DNA of 64,000 nt from Octopus vulgaris (Eukaryota): the NCBI GenBank assembly GCA_951406725.2, contig OX597831.1, forward strand, positions 64,914,001 to 64,978,000, read 5' to 3'. The translations under genes and the position numbers were made by a program. The first letter of the stretch is position 1, and each line of letters opens with the position of its first letter. Shown one piece after another: positions 1 to 12,911 of this stretch. The notes under the pieces were generated by a model. That model ran no database searches. It worked only from the letters and a program-made list of their open reading frames with translations, and was not told the DNA's origin.

Positions 1-136
1 TAGTAACCTAACACTCTGGTAAAGTGGAATCGATAAAATATATACCACATATTAAAATAAGGATGGGGTTGATTTCATGGACTTAATCTTTTAAGGCAGT
101 CACCAGATTGGCCATTGTCCGGTAATTGATAGCTGT

Positions 137-192
<56 letters not shown>

Positions 193-268
193 ACAAATAC
201 ACACACACATACACACACTTGAGTATGTATATATATTTGTATGCATGCAAACCGCACACCACCACTTA

Positions 269-321
<53 letters not shown>

Positions 322-442
322 AAGATGTGTGTGTAAGCGAGCGCGTATGTAAGAGAAAGAGAGAGTGAATGAGTGAGTGAGTGAGTGAGTGAGTGAGCGA
401 ACGAGGCTCACATTATTTAGTATGTCCCTCTTTATTTTTGTT

Positions 443-910
443 AAGGCGGTAGGATGTGAGCTGGCAGAATCGTTAGCACGCTGGGCGAAATGCGTAGCCG
501 TATTTCGTCTGCCGCTACGTTCTGAGTTCAAATTCCGCCGAGGTCGACTTTGTCTTTCATCCTTTCGGGGTCGATTAAATAAGTACCAGTTACGCACAGG
601 GGTCGATGTAATCGATTTAATCCGTTTGTCTGTCCTTGTTTGTCCTCTCTGTGTTTAGCCCCTTGTGGGTAGTAAAGAAATAGGTATTGGATTTGCAGAA
701 TCAGTAGAATTTTGCAGCAGTATTTTCTTCTGGCTCTATATGTTCTGAGTTCAAATCCTGCTCTGGTCAACTTTGCCTTTCATCCTTTCAGGGTCGATAA
801 AATAAATACCAGTTACGCACTGGGGTCGATATATAATCAACTTAATCCGTTTGTCTGTCCTTGTTTGTCCCCTCTGTGTTTAGCCCCTTGTGGGCAATAA
901 AGAAATAGGA
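443..910 (+). mobile_element. tRNA-derived SINE family A, two tandem units
   Basis: A-box-like GCTGGCAGAATCG, B-box GAGTTCAAATTCC, central CTTTCATCCTTTCGGGGTCGAT..AAGTACCAG, tail AAAGAAATAG. Confidence 0.9.
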
Positions 911-1504
911 TGTGATATGACAGATATTTGGCTGCTGTTTCTAATAGGTCGAGCGACCTCATAGAGGCTCCTGTCTACTTGTGCGGAGAGAGAGTTTACG
1001 CTATACACTTTAGAGACAGCCAGACAAAGCAGTTAAGTTTCCCTTCCATCTTTTTATCTCAACCATTTTCTGCTTTGCGTAGGCTCCCTGCTGTTCCTAG
1101 CCTCCGCTTCCCCCTAACTATTGTTCTTCCCTTAAGAAGTGTCTGCAACTGCTGAAAGCCAAGTGGTAAAATCAATTGAATTGATATTTACATAGCATAC
1201 AACCGAATACAACTATGTCGTTATTCAGTGAAAGCAGACAGACATTAGGGGTGTTTAAGGATGGCCAAGTAAGAAGGGTGCAAGGAAGAATGTATACCAG
1301 TCGGTGTTACTCAACACAGCTTGAGAAGACGAGCAGGTGGATGACTGGGAAGATGGGGGTGGGGGACTGGAAATAAAACCATTGTCTGTTTCTCCTTCTC
1401 AATATCTTTCTTTTCCTTTTCTCCTTTCTCTCTTCCCATCCCCCTCTCTCTCTCTGTAACAAACTTGTTCTTTCTCTTTTTTCATATAATTCTCTTTTTC
1501 TCTG

Positions 1505-1613
1505 TACTATGTATATGTATGTATGCATGCATGTATGCATGTATGTATGTATGTATGTATGTATGTATGTATGTATGTATGTATGCATGCATGTTTGTAT
1601 GCATGCATGTATG

Positions 1614-1652
<39 letters not shown>

Positions 1653-1781
1653 ATATATATGTATATATATGTGTGTGTGTGTATATATATATGTATATAT
1701 GTTTATATACATATATATGTATATATATATGTATATATATATGTATATGTTTATGTATATATATGTATGTACGTATGCATT

Positions 1782-1815
<34 letters not shown>

Positions 1816-1841
1816 CACATACATACATACATACATACATT

Positions 1842-1905
<64 letters not shown>

Positions 1906-1975
1906 CTCTCTTTCCCCCTCCCTCTTCTCCCCCTTTTCTCTCTCTCTCCCTCCCTCTCTCTCTCTCTCTCTCATT
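1505..1975. repeat. Compound microsatellite (TATG)n/(TA)n/(TG)n/(CT)n
   Basis: Direct reading. Comparable arrays at 137-400, 4785-4887, 6070-6183, 9790-9927, 22556-22670, 37090-37428, 42953-46200, 48090-48205, 48990-49233, 53808-53918, 54420-54845, 55326-55406, 56270-56400, 60024-60156, 60979-61197 and 62953-63520. Confidence 0.97.
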
Positions 1976-2630
1976 TGTCCTCCAATTCTCCAGCACCTAC
2001 CTCGTTGCACCTGGCCTTAATCTTTTATATTCGTCCAGACAGACAACAGAAAGCACACCAAACTCTTTTTTTTTTCTTCTTGTTGTCATAATTGAGAATC
2101 TGGGTTGTCTGCTGCTTGAAATTACTTTTTGGATGGAGCGACAGAACTACTATAAGTCTTGTCAGCATATTCATGATGCCCCATAAAACAGGCAGCTGCC
2201 GATGAATGTGAAAGAATCACAACACGATAACAACATTCTTGTATGGCTGTTGTCCAGCTTTTTACTATTTACAGAAATCTTTCTTCTCCGGTGCCCATGA
2301 CACGGTTCGGCAAACGTGAGGCTAATTTACCTCTGGATGGAGCCCTAAATACATATATTAGATAGATTCCTCACACAGATTACCGTAAGGAGTGAAGAAA
2401 TATCTCTGGTATAATTGTAGTAGCAATCCAGGATCCCTCGGGTGGGAGCGGTATCACCAGTCCCTATTAAATGTGTCTCAGGTAACTTAAAGTGAATATG
2501 GCATCACATTTTAGGCGTAAAATTCACACAAAGGGCGGTGCCCCAGCATGGCCTCAGCCGGATGGCTGAAACAAGTAAAAGAGTAAAAGAGTAAATAAAG
2601 AATGTGATTCTATAGGGAGCAGTGCTGTTT

Positions 2631-2670
<40 letters not shown>

Positions 2671-3338
2671 TGTGTGTGTGTAAAATCTAAGGCACTGGTA
2701 AGCTGTAAAGACAAGGTATTTCCAATGCAGTACTCAACCCGAGCTTTAGGCTTCCAGACTATTACTGAAATTCTTCGGATGTAGAAAATCCTGGTTTCAC
2801 GACGGTAAAAACGTTGTGTGGGTTTAGCGAAGAGTAAAATAAAATCTAAATTATCCTTTCTATTAAAGGCACGAGGCCTGAAATTTTAGGAGAGTCGACT
2901 ACATGGACCCTAGAGTTTTACTGGTACTTAATTTATCAATCCCGAAAGGATGAAAGGCAAAGTCGACCTATGCGGAATTTGAACTCAGAACGTAAAGACG
3001 GACGAAATGCCGCAAAGCATTTTGCCCGACGTGCTAATTTTAACACATCTTTAATAATCCGATGCAATTGTTTCTGTACCAACCCTGTTTTCAGTGCCAG
3101 TTTGCATAAAAGCTCAAAGTTAAAATTTACGGTTTAACACAGATCTGGCGAAGTCTAGCAGACATTATATCTTAACCTTCCTGAATTTCGTTTTTGGATT
3201 TGGTTTGCAAGATTCTTTATATGAGTTCGTGTGTTGAAGCATATTCTATTGTGTCTGGGGAGAGTCATTTTCTTTCTTGTGCCTTATCATGTAACACACT
3301 CACCGGTAAAATTTCCAGTTTTTCTTATTTTTATTGTC

Positions 3339-3368
3339 CTAAAATTTTCGTTGCAACCTTTTCAATAG
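3339..3368 (-). ncRNA. Hammerhead-like fold with U3-A8 swapped core (helix II collapsed)
   Basis: Minus strand reads CTA TTGAAAA G GTTGCAAC GAAA AT TT TAG. Confidence 0.45.
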
Positions 3369-3653
3369 TTTTCACTCAAAAAGGCACAAAAAGAAAATGA
3401 CTCTCCCCAGACACAATAGAACTTCCTTAATTTTCTATCGTTAAAACTTCAATAGGCAAAGTTGCTAGTTAAAAAGTCTCTATATGATACGAAAGTATTA
3501 ACTATAATACTGAGAAGTGATGTTTGTCGCCTCTTCAACATGGCTGTTCCGTACGAACCGACGATACTATCCAAGAGGCCGCCTCCTCTAGCTGGCTATC
3601 GCTTATTACTGTATTCAATCTACACTGTTCAGTCTACAAAAATATAATAACTT

Positions 3654-4069
3654 GGATCTTTTCGGTTTGAGTGGCAGTTTTTTTCTAGCGGTGTCATATG
3701 AAATTGCCACCCATAATTATGACCCTAGTATCGATCTATTGCATTTCAATCTGTTTTTGGGTTAGAGTTAGGGGGAAGGGTATCTTTTTTTCTTCAGATA
3801 TGTAAATAAACCCAGTCTGTTTCTTAAATGAAGGACATATCCATACGGCACAGAATGTTATTTTTACCTCAACAGACGTCAGTGATTCGTTGAAATTGCA
3901 GAAATTGAAGAAAAAACAACAACAATATCTTACGAACTATAGAATTTTCTCAATAAAGCCAAGAGAAAAAAGATGTTTTATAAACACATTCTGCCAGTAT
4001 ACGAAGTTTAAAATTTTTTAGTTACGTGAAAATTATTTTAAAAAACTGCCGTTCAAACCGAAAAGAGCC
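3654..4069. mobile_element. GG...CC MITE (Merlin-like), copy 1
   Basis: TIR GGATCTTTTCGGTTTGAACGGCAGTTTTT with minor mismatches; shared internal sequence; TSD not recognisable. Confidence 0.9.
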
Positions 4070-4099
4070 CAACTCTACCATGAAATAATCAGTCTACAA

Positions 4100-4400
4100 T
4101 TACATGACTATTCTATCATCTACTAAAGAGAGGGTGCTATTAGACGTAACGGCAAGTAGATAATTGATGTACAGCAGGAAGAGCGGATGCAAAACCGAAT
4201 CCTGAGACCACCGAAGTAGAATAGAATATGAAACAAATAGGGCTCCACCAATAATGGGTTACGATAGTGCAGTCTGATAGGAAGTTACGGATACAAGACA
4301 TGACAGACTAGCGAAGCCGGGCAGTTTCGATTGGAAATTCGCATAACTGACAAAGCTTTTCTGATACCAAGAACCACAACATAACTTTCACCAAATTTCT
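4100..4400 (-). mobile_element. LINE reverse-transcriptase remnant (CR1/Jockey-like)
   Basis: Minus strand encodes SQDSVLHPLFLLYINYLL..TSN..LVDD, resembling PQGSVLxPxLFLLYINDL..YADD. Confidence 0.6.
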
Positions 4401-4423
4401 ACATGGTGGCAGTTGGCCACTTG

Positions 4424-4706
4424 TTTGTTCCTTCTCGGGCCATTCCTGGCTCATAAGGGCCGGTTTCCCGGTTTCCTTGGCGTATAGGTTCCCCACCTGG
4501 ACGGGACGCCGGTCCATCGCAGGTGAGCTGCAGTTTGCAGGAGGAAAGAGTGAGAGAAAATTGTGGCGAAAGAGTCAGCAGAGGTTTCGCCATTGCCTTC
4601 TGCCGGAGCCGCTCATAAACACACACATCACCCGGTCTGAGATTCGAACCCGCGATCCCTCGACCGCGAGTCCGCTACTCTAACCACTAGGCCATGTGCC
4701 TCCACA
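4424..4706 (-). mobile_element. tRNA-derived SINE family B
   Basis: Head TGGCCTAGTGGTTAG..GGTTCGAATC; 14-bp TSD CAG(T/C)TGGCCACTTG. Confidence 0.9.
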
Positions 4707-4793
4707 CAGCTGGCCACTTGGTGGAAAAGAAGAGTAGGATACCAGTAGATCTGGTTTCTACAGGTGTCGTGTTGGAGGTCGTTAAGAGAGAGC

Positions 4794-4888
<95 letters not shown>

Positions 4889-5211
4889 GAGGTGAAGTTG
4901 TTGCAGAATATCATTATATTTATCATCACTTAAGCGTAGATGTTCTATTAGAGTAAAAAAGTTCTGCGATAGCGACCACGAGAGAAACTCTCACATTAGC
5001 TTTCTCTCGTGGTAACTAAAGCAGTATAGTTTGTTCTAATTGAACATCCGCGTTTAAGTGAGGATAAATATTACCTCTCGGTATTAATATTGCCTCTGTC
5101 GCTAATATATATCGCTATATTGTTTTTAATACAATTGCAGCGTGGAAAGTGTTTATAAGCCATTTAAGAAACACACAAAACCGTTAGATTCACTTCAACA
5201 TTTAAATTTAA

Positions 5212-5262
5212 TTTGTCAAAATATTTTCGTCGCTTTGGGACCGCGACCTGTTCACTGACAAA
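5212..5262 (-). ncRNA. Hammerhead-like fold with G3-C8 swapped core
   Basis: Minus strand reads TTTGTCA GTGAACA G GTCGC ggtcccaaa GCGAC GAAA ATAT TT TGACAAA: 7-bp helix I, 5-bp helix II, palindromic AATATT helix III. Confidence 0.65.
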
Positions 5263-5739
5263 ATTTCGTGCTGCATATCATAATGTTATGATATTGTGAG
5301 TACGACAAGGCAGTTTCTTTTAGATAATCACTCAACAATAATATAAGTATTCTACCATGAGACAATTTGTCTACAATAATATGTCGATGACAGCCAGAAG
5401 ATAAAAAGTAGCGACTGAGACATTTTAAAGTCCTCTGTAACTGACAGGAGGAATGTAAGAAATTATCTTCCAGTCGGGTACTTTACCTTGAATACTTAGA
5501 ACAGAGCAGACTCCATTAAAAGCACCCGAACACCAAGTTGTGTTAAACGGGTGATAATTCTTGTTCTTGAGTGGTAGGCTTAAGTCTTATAGTGATAAAT
5601 TATATGGTTATTGACGATTAAGTCTATTTTCGGCATATTTGGCATTGGAATGTTTTTCATGCTTGTTTTCATATCTCCATATTATATTTCTAACCGCTTT
5701 CCATCTGTTTTACCAAATTTAAGTTTAGTTATTCTCATC

Positions 5740-5945
5740 TTTTTGCCGTTTAAAATAATCTTAAACATTTTTTATAATTTAATTAAAACTGGATTCTAGT
5801 CTGAAGCGATATGTTTTTTGTAAGTTTCCAACAGTTTTTAAAGCGTTGGTTTTTAAAGCATGTAGTCTATTTGATTTCTTATCTCATCTGGATTCTTTCG
5901 CGTGCATAATTTTCTTGGCGGTTGCTGAAGAAGAGTATTGGTTCC
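5740..5945 (-). mobile_element. RTE-clade LINE AP-endonuclease remnant
   Basis: Minus strand encodes NTLLQQPPRKLCTRKNPDEIRNQIDYML..IASD*NPV, resembling NT.F..P.RRLYTW.SP...NQIDY..SDHNP. Confidence 0.6.
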
Positions 5946-6068
5946 TGCTAAATTGTTTCTTTATCAAACAAATGGTTCAAACATTCATCCTTTTCATTTC
6001 TTGCATCTAATCTCTATTATGACATATCGGCATGCATATCAATATCTTGTAAGCATGAGTGAAAGATG

Positions 6069-6184
<116 letters not shown>

Positions 6185-6612
6185 CCCCGTTTGAAATTTG
6201 TGTCAGGTTGTTTACGTCCCCGTCACTTAGCAGTTCGGCAAAAAGTTCCGATAGAATAAGAACCAGACTTAAAATAAGTACTGGAGGGCGATCTGTTCGA
6301 CTGGAATCCTTCAAGGTGTTGCTCCAGCAGGGTCGCAGTCCAATAATTGAAACAAATAAAAATAAGTCAATCTTCGTAGACCTAAGATCAAAGACATTTC
6401 ATTCAGTTTTTAAAACACACAAGGACGCCATATTGTGTTTTTTATTTGAAATGGATTTACTTAAATCTATTTCATGCCGTATATTATTGTTGCTGATTGG
6501 TGGCTGGGTTGGCACCAGAAAGCATACAAATCTACATACATACATACATACATACATACATACATACATACATACATACATACATACATACATACATACA
6601 TACATACATACA

Positions 6613-7118
6613 TGGTGGCTGCTCCCTCGTTATCGAGTATGGCCATTGCACGAAGCTTAATCAATGTTGCTATCGTGCACTGCCTGTGCAAGAAGATTTT
6701 TTTTAAAGTGAGGAAAGGCTGTGCACTGAGTCAATCCCACTCACTAAGCAACAGCAGCCATAATCCGAAAAGAAGAACAAGTCAACATCATCGGTAACCA
6801 CTGAGCCGCAGGTTTTATGTCGGAGTTATCCCAGTTACATGAGTTACCTTCTCCTAGAAGGATGCCCTAACAAAGGCTATAGGAGTCCTTCACTCCCAAT
6901 GGTTTAACCGCGCAATCGGGTATTCAGTCCGATTATTTCTATGTCCCCGCGCATGGTACATCCTTAAGACATTTATTGGATGGCCGTTGACTCTCAAGAG
7001 TTCCTCCGCCCTTTGATGGGTTTTGTTTTTCATCCCGCAGGGTGTCCAACAAACACCCTCCTCACCAAGCAAGCTAGGTGGGGTTGCCGGTTTAGCTGCC
7101 GACGACCCGACTATGCAA
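6613..7118 (-). mobile_element. ~500-bp non-coding element inside a (CATA)n array, possibly RTE-derived
   Basis: GC-richer complex sequence bounded on both sides by (CATA)n; no intact ORF. Confidence 0.45.
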
Positions 7119-7213
7119 CATACATACATACATACATACATACATACATACATACATACATACTTACATACATGCATGCATGCATACATACATACATACA
7201 TACATACATACAT

Positions 7214-7245
<32 letters not shown>

Positions 7246-7697
7246 GCGTACGTACATATATACATACACATGCAAAAACGCATACACATACATACATACA
7301 CACACATACATACATACATTTTCCGTTAAGTGTGATATTCCGTAACCAGAGACCGCCGTAACGCGGATATTGCCTGTATTTACAATTCGGTGAACGGTAC
7401 CAAAGGTCAGTTGACCTATAACAGCAAAATTTCTTTCACTCTTATATAGTAATCTACTGTTCTGGTTTTTTTTTTTTTTTTTTTTTAACTCGAATCGCCC
7501 CAGTCATACAGACCGTAAAGAGGACGACATAACTGGACCGTCAGGTTTAACTCGTCTACAGCTGTTCTGAAGATGAAGCTAAACAATAAACGCAAACGAT
7601 TGCAGAGTTTACATATAAGGGACATTACTACAGGTGTGCTAGATTGTAATTATTTCCCTTGTCATGCTGTTCTGTTTAAAATATGTTGTCTGTACAG

Positions 7698-7952
7698 TTT
7701 CAGCGTGGAAGGTGTTTGTAAGCCATTTAAGAAACACACAACATTCACTTCACTTCAACATTTAAGTTTAATTTGTCAAAATATTTTCGTCGCTATAAGA
7801 CCCCGACCTGTTCACTGAGCACGGATTTTTGTCAGTGAACAGGTCGTGGTCTCAAAGCGACGAAAATATTTTGACAAATTAAACTTAAATGTTGAAGTGA
7901 AGTGAATGTTGTGTGTTTCTTAAATGGCTTACAAACACCTTCCATGCTGAAA
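7698..7952. repeat. Inverted duplication, ~121-bp arms, 13-bp spacer
   Basis: 7698-7818 is the near-perfect reverse complement of 7832-7952; a single-arm relative lies at 5138-5275. Confidence 0.92.
7828..7878 (+). ncRNA. Hammerhead-like fold with G3-C8 swapped core (second copy)
   Basis: TTTGTCA GTGAACA G GTCGT ggtctcaaa GCGAC GAAA ATAT TT TGACAAA. A third, truncated copy lies on the minus strand at 7772-7818. Confidence 0.62.
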
Positions 7953-8585
7953 TTGTTTTCGTTCCAGCACACGGTCTCAGATCAAATCACTTGCTATGCA
8001 AGTACATCTCCGTAATGTCTGTACAGTATTTTATATTTAATTATTTGAAACCGGCGACTCTGTTTTTTTGTGTGTCTATTACAGAAATATTTTCAACGTT
8101 CCCACATTCTTAGATGTTTGTGCTTAGACATCACTCTTTAACATTGCAATACACAAGTGTAATTTAAAAGAAAAAAATATTTGTCATGATATTTTACCAT
8201 GTAGGTAGTGAAGTAAGCGGTAATATTTATTACTTTAATTAACAGAGGTGTTTGTGTGTCTGTGTTTGTCCCCCTAGCATTGCTTGACAACCGATGCTGG
8301 TGTGTTTACGTCCCTGTAACTTAGCGGTTCGGCAAAAGAGACCGATAGAATAAGTACTAGGCTTACAAAGAATAAGTCCTGGGGAGTCGATTTGCTCGAC
8401 TAAAGGCGGTGCTCCAGCATGGCCACAGTCAAATGACTGAAACAAGTAAAAGGGTAAAAAGGGATATCTCACACTTAGGCCTTTGCGAGACTAATAACCT
8501 GGTGTAGAACTCAATACACGTATTCTTCAGAACGAAGCGTTAATCGAATACAAAGTAGTACTAAGAAAATGTGATGACAAACAAA

Positions 8586-8791
8586 TAAACGATTATCTTA
8601 TGAACTTCATTATTACCTTACAGTTGTTTCTGCTATAAGATGCAGCGGACTCGTAGTTGAGTGCCTGAGTAACACCTTATTCAAGGCTCCGATGAAGATC
8701 TGAGATGTTACTCAGGCACTCAAATATGAGTACGCTGCATCTTATAGCAGAAACACCTGTAAGCCAATGAAGTTCATATGATAAATGTTTA
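8586..8791. repeat. Inverted duplication, ~90-bp arms
   Basis: Left arm 8586-8679 pairs with 8701-8791. Confidence 0.9.
8685..8765 (+). ncRNA. Degenerate hammerhead-like fold (U4C core)
   Basis: Helix I GGCT/AGCC, core CCGATGA, long imperfect helix II, GAAA CACCTG TA. Confidence 0.5.
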
Positions 8792-8828
8792 CTCTTTTGT
8801 CATGTTAGTCTCTCTCTCTCTCCCTCTC

Positions 8829-8872
<44 letters not shown>

Positions 8873-8876
8873 CCCC

Positions 8877-8910
<34 letters not shown>

Positions 8911-9794
8911 CTTACATCAGTATTTTCATCAGTATTCTGAATATAATAGAAATGAGAGATTAAGAAGAAATAAAAGTACATTGACATTAATAACCTACTT
9001 TTTAAATAAACAGTTACTGTAAATGCAAATAAATATTTTACTCTGCTGCATTTTGAAAAGCAACGATCCATTTTACATGCAACAGAAAGTTGCTTTTTGT
9101 GAATGACTATTAATTAATTAACACACATTCTCCTGACTCCAATTAACAATTACATTTTCTTGCATATTTTTTTCTTCTTCTGGATACCTGTTGCTTGAGA
9201 GTTCCGGTAATTGGGCCACAAGATAAGAGGTATTTTACTATAACGCCTCTCCTGAATACCTCTCGATGCAGAATCGAGAAACAATCCAATGAGATGTGAC
9301 AGAACGTCACCGACTTTACGTTGCTAAGTGGATGTATTTAAAGAAGCTCCCGAGCGTAGCTTGTTGTTTTATCTTATATTCTTGTCTTTTATGAAAACAA
9401 ACAGCAACATTGGCATCATAACTGCTGCACGTCTGCCTAATCTTACACAGGAAACAGAGAAAGGTGAATGATTGTTGTTGAAACAGCTTCATTTATTTAT
9501 CTTCACAATCAGATAACTTACTGAAGGCATACAATGCTAAACTCACCGCATTCAGGCTTATATCACTTGTGCACTTTCATCTTAGCGTCAACGCCATATA
9601 CATTACCATTTCTATTTAAGAGGACATCTTCAATTGAATGGGGGGGGGGGGGTACAGTTATAGGCACATAGCTAACTGTCCCCTTTACACGCCAATTCCT
9701 CTTCAACGATGCCTTTTTTTTTCTATAAGTAGATGTTATCTACAAACCAAAGAGAGAGCTTTTAACTGAGCGGAATATAATCCATTATAACACA

Positions 9795-9929
<135 letters not shown>

Positions 9930-10419
9930 CACTATAACGTGGCCCATATTTACTATGAAGCTTTTATGGGCTGAACTGTAATAAAAATAGATATTTCCCT
10001 CTTTCTTAAAGTAAATATTCAAACACAGGAAGTAACCAAGAATGTGTTTTTTCATGAACTATACAAAGTTTAAGCTTTCAGCTGGCATCGAATAAGCTCG
10101 TCCCATAGCAGAAAGCTCTGACAAAAGATAAATCTGATGCAATCGTTATTAAGTCAAGTAGTTTAGAAATGAAGCTACCATTGAGTTTAAATGTAAAAAT
10201 CTTTTCAATCTACAAAATGCTTAGCAAAACAAGAAAGAAAACAAATATGGCTGTATTTGTTAGCGTATAAGACGCGCTTTTCATCTTATTTTTTCAAATG
10301 TGTTCAAACTTGTCCAGCGTCTAATGCGCCCGTATTACTGATAGGAGCCAGATGAGCTTAAGTCCGCTAAGAAAAAAAAAAAAGAAAGAGTATGTTAGCT
10401 CATACAACCCACACTTATA

Positions 10420-10861
10420 GGATCTTTTCGGTTTGAATGGCAGTTTTTAACATAATTTCTAGGTAACTAAAAAATTTTAAACTCCGTATACTGGTAGAAT
10501 GTGTTTATAAAACATCTTTATCTCTTGGCTTTATTGAGAAAATTCTATAGTTTGTAAGATATTTGTTGTTTTTTTTTCTTCAATTTCTGCAATTTCAACC
10601 AATCACTAACGTCTATTGAGGTAAAAAAACCTATTCTGTGCCGTATGAATATGTCCCTCGTTTAAGAAACAGATTGGGTTTATTTACATTTGTGAAGAAA
10701 AAAGGATACCCTTCCCCCCACCCCTAACCCTAACCCTAACCCTAACCCTAACTAACCCTAAAAGAGATTGAAATGCAATAGATCGATACTAGGGTCATAA
10801 TTATGGGTGACAATTTCATATGACACCGCTAGAAAAAGCTGCCGTTCAAACCGAAAAATCC
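10420..10861. mobile_element. GG...CC MITE (Merlin-like), copy 2
   Basis: TIRs; perfect 8-bp TSD CACTTATA; five CCCTAA units at 10722-10751. Confidence 0.93.
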
Positions 10862-10866
10862 CACTT

Positions 10867-10932
<66 letters not shown>

Positions 10933-11955
10933 CTTACGTTATTTGAAGACTGTGTTACATTAAAGAAGCACTCAGCAACATCTACCCATATGAATTTCAT
11001 ATATTACCCAATTGTCCTTGGCACTTTTATAACTATATAATGTATCATCGGTGAAGAAAACGACAAATATTTCCAAATAACTCATAAGTTTCTGCCTTCT
11101 GCCTAATCAATGCGGGCGAAAGGTCGTCTACACGAACATTTCATACAAAACAGTCATAATTTTCTATATTTGTTGTGAAAGATTTCAGCTGCTTGTTGAC
11201 TGTCAAGAAATGCTAGAAACATTATTAGAGGGTTCAGCATCCACCAAAACAAGGTGAAATAAAGTTAATATTCCAACATCAGACAGTAATCGAGAATATG
11301 CTTCCATTTGGTAATCCAAGGTCAATAACGCCATTGAGAAGGACCGACGAAGGACGCTAACTCTAAAACATCCATTTGAGTGGTCCACCATTTCGTAATC
11401 AGCCGGATCACGTTTTGCGTGACTCAGAAATATGACTAAATGAAAATATGCTGGGACATGGTACTGCATAAAAATTTAGTAGCAAAATAGGCGCTAACGT
11501 ACTTGATGCAATAGTTAAAATTACACTCTCAGTGTTGAAAGGGTGGAAAAATCATTTTCTAAATGCTTGACGATAGTCAAAGCAAGGGAGACAACCCCGA
11601 ATTTTTAATTTAGTATTTAGTTTTTCTTCCATGTTGTGAGATTGTCTTTCAGTGAGGTCGACTTTACCTTTAAACATTCCTGTGTCAATAAAATAGTGAA
11701 GTACTGGCCTTCGAAGGGATTGTAGAAACAGTGGAATTCTAGACATTAGTTATGAATCCTTACATCCTGAGTGCAAGCCCTACCGGAGTCAAATACTAAG
11801 TTCGATCCCACTCCGAAATGCCTGATCTTGTTACCAGTTCTGTTTGGTTAATCACTTAACTTTTAAATTCTGGTTCTAAATACTAGTTTCTGTCACGCAC
11901 TGAACCCTTGGCTTTTCAGTCATAACTGAATTATTAAATTCTAAAGGGTTAAAGA

Positions 11956-12261
11956 TGGAGGCGCAATGGCCCAGTGGTTAGGGCAGCGGACTCGTGGTCG
12001 GAGGATCGCGGTTTCGATTCCCAGACCGGGCGTTGTGTTTGTTTATTGAGCGAAAACATCTAAAATCTCCACGAGGCTCCGGCAGGGGGTGGTGGTGACC
12101 CCTGTTGTACTCTTTCGCCACAACTTTCTCTCACTCTCTCTTCCTGTTTCTTGAGAAACGCTGCGATGGACTGGCGTCCCGTCCAGTTGGGGGGAACACA
12201 GCCGCCACAGAAACCGGGAAACCGGGCCCATGAGCCTGGCTAGCCCTTGAAAAGGGCGACG
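11956..12261 (+). mobile_element. SINE family B
   Basis: Head TGGCCCAGTGGTTAG..GTTTCGATTCC; degenerate TSD AAAGGGTTAAAG/AAAGAGTTGAAG. Confidence 0.88.
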
Positions 12262-12911
12262 AAAGAGTTGAAGGTTTGTTTGACAATGTTGGAATATGTG
12301 GATTCGGTTTCGAATCTTAGTTTAGCTATTCTGAAGCTGTTCGTTACTGAAATGTGACAGTCACTTTCTGAAACTTGAAATTAACGGAGATAATGTCTAG
12401 CAAACGACAAATATTTGCCTTAGGGTGAGGATTCTGTTTGAATACCAATTCCAGTACAATAATAGATTTATAAATAGACTTCGTCTTCGTCACCAGAGAG
12501 GAAACATATGTGAAGCAATGCAAGTACTTTCTCGCTGTACACCCCGAGCATAGTGATATAAAGTTTAAGAGCATCAGGCTGCTATACCAAAATTATATTC
12601 CTCTATATAAAACAATAATCCTGATGTGAAATATAACTCGAAATATATTCACCAATTTCTGAGCATGAAATTTACTTCAGCTTCCGACTGCGTTATATTC
12701 ACAAACATAGTTTCCTGATCTCCCGTCGCCAGCTTGTTATTTTGTTTGGCACGGCTTCACTAAATTTGGCAGTTAGAACTGAAATATGGCAGTAAAATGT
12801 TGCCAATAAAGAGCTTCGCTTGTCTTGAAGGAGTAGAAATCATACTTAGTGACTTGTGAGGTGTATTATAAGGTATCTTAGAAATAATTTTTTTGGTTTT
12901 GAATGAATTAA

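Noticed and set aside
10722-10762. TTAGGG repeats as a telomere or chromosome-fusion relic
   Set aside because: Always at the same position inside the MITE and only a few units long.
11956-12030. tRNA-like sequences at SINE heads
   Set aside because: A and B boxes are present but there is no proper acceptor stem, and they continue into SINE bodies with TSDs.
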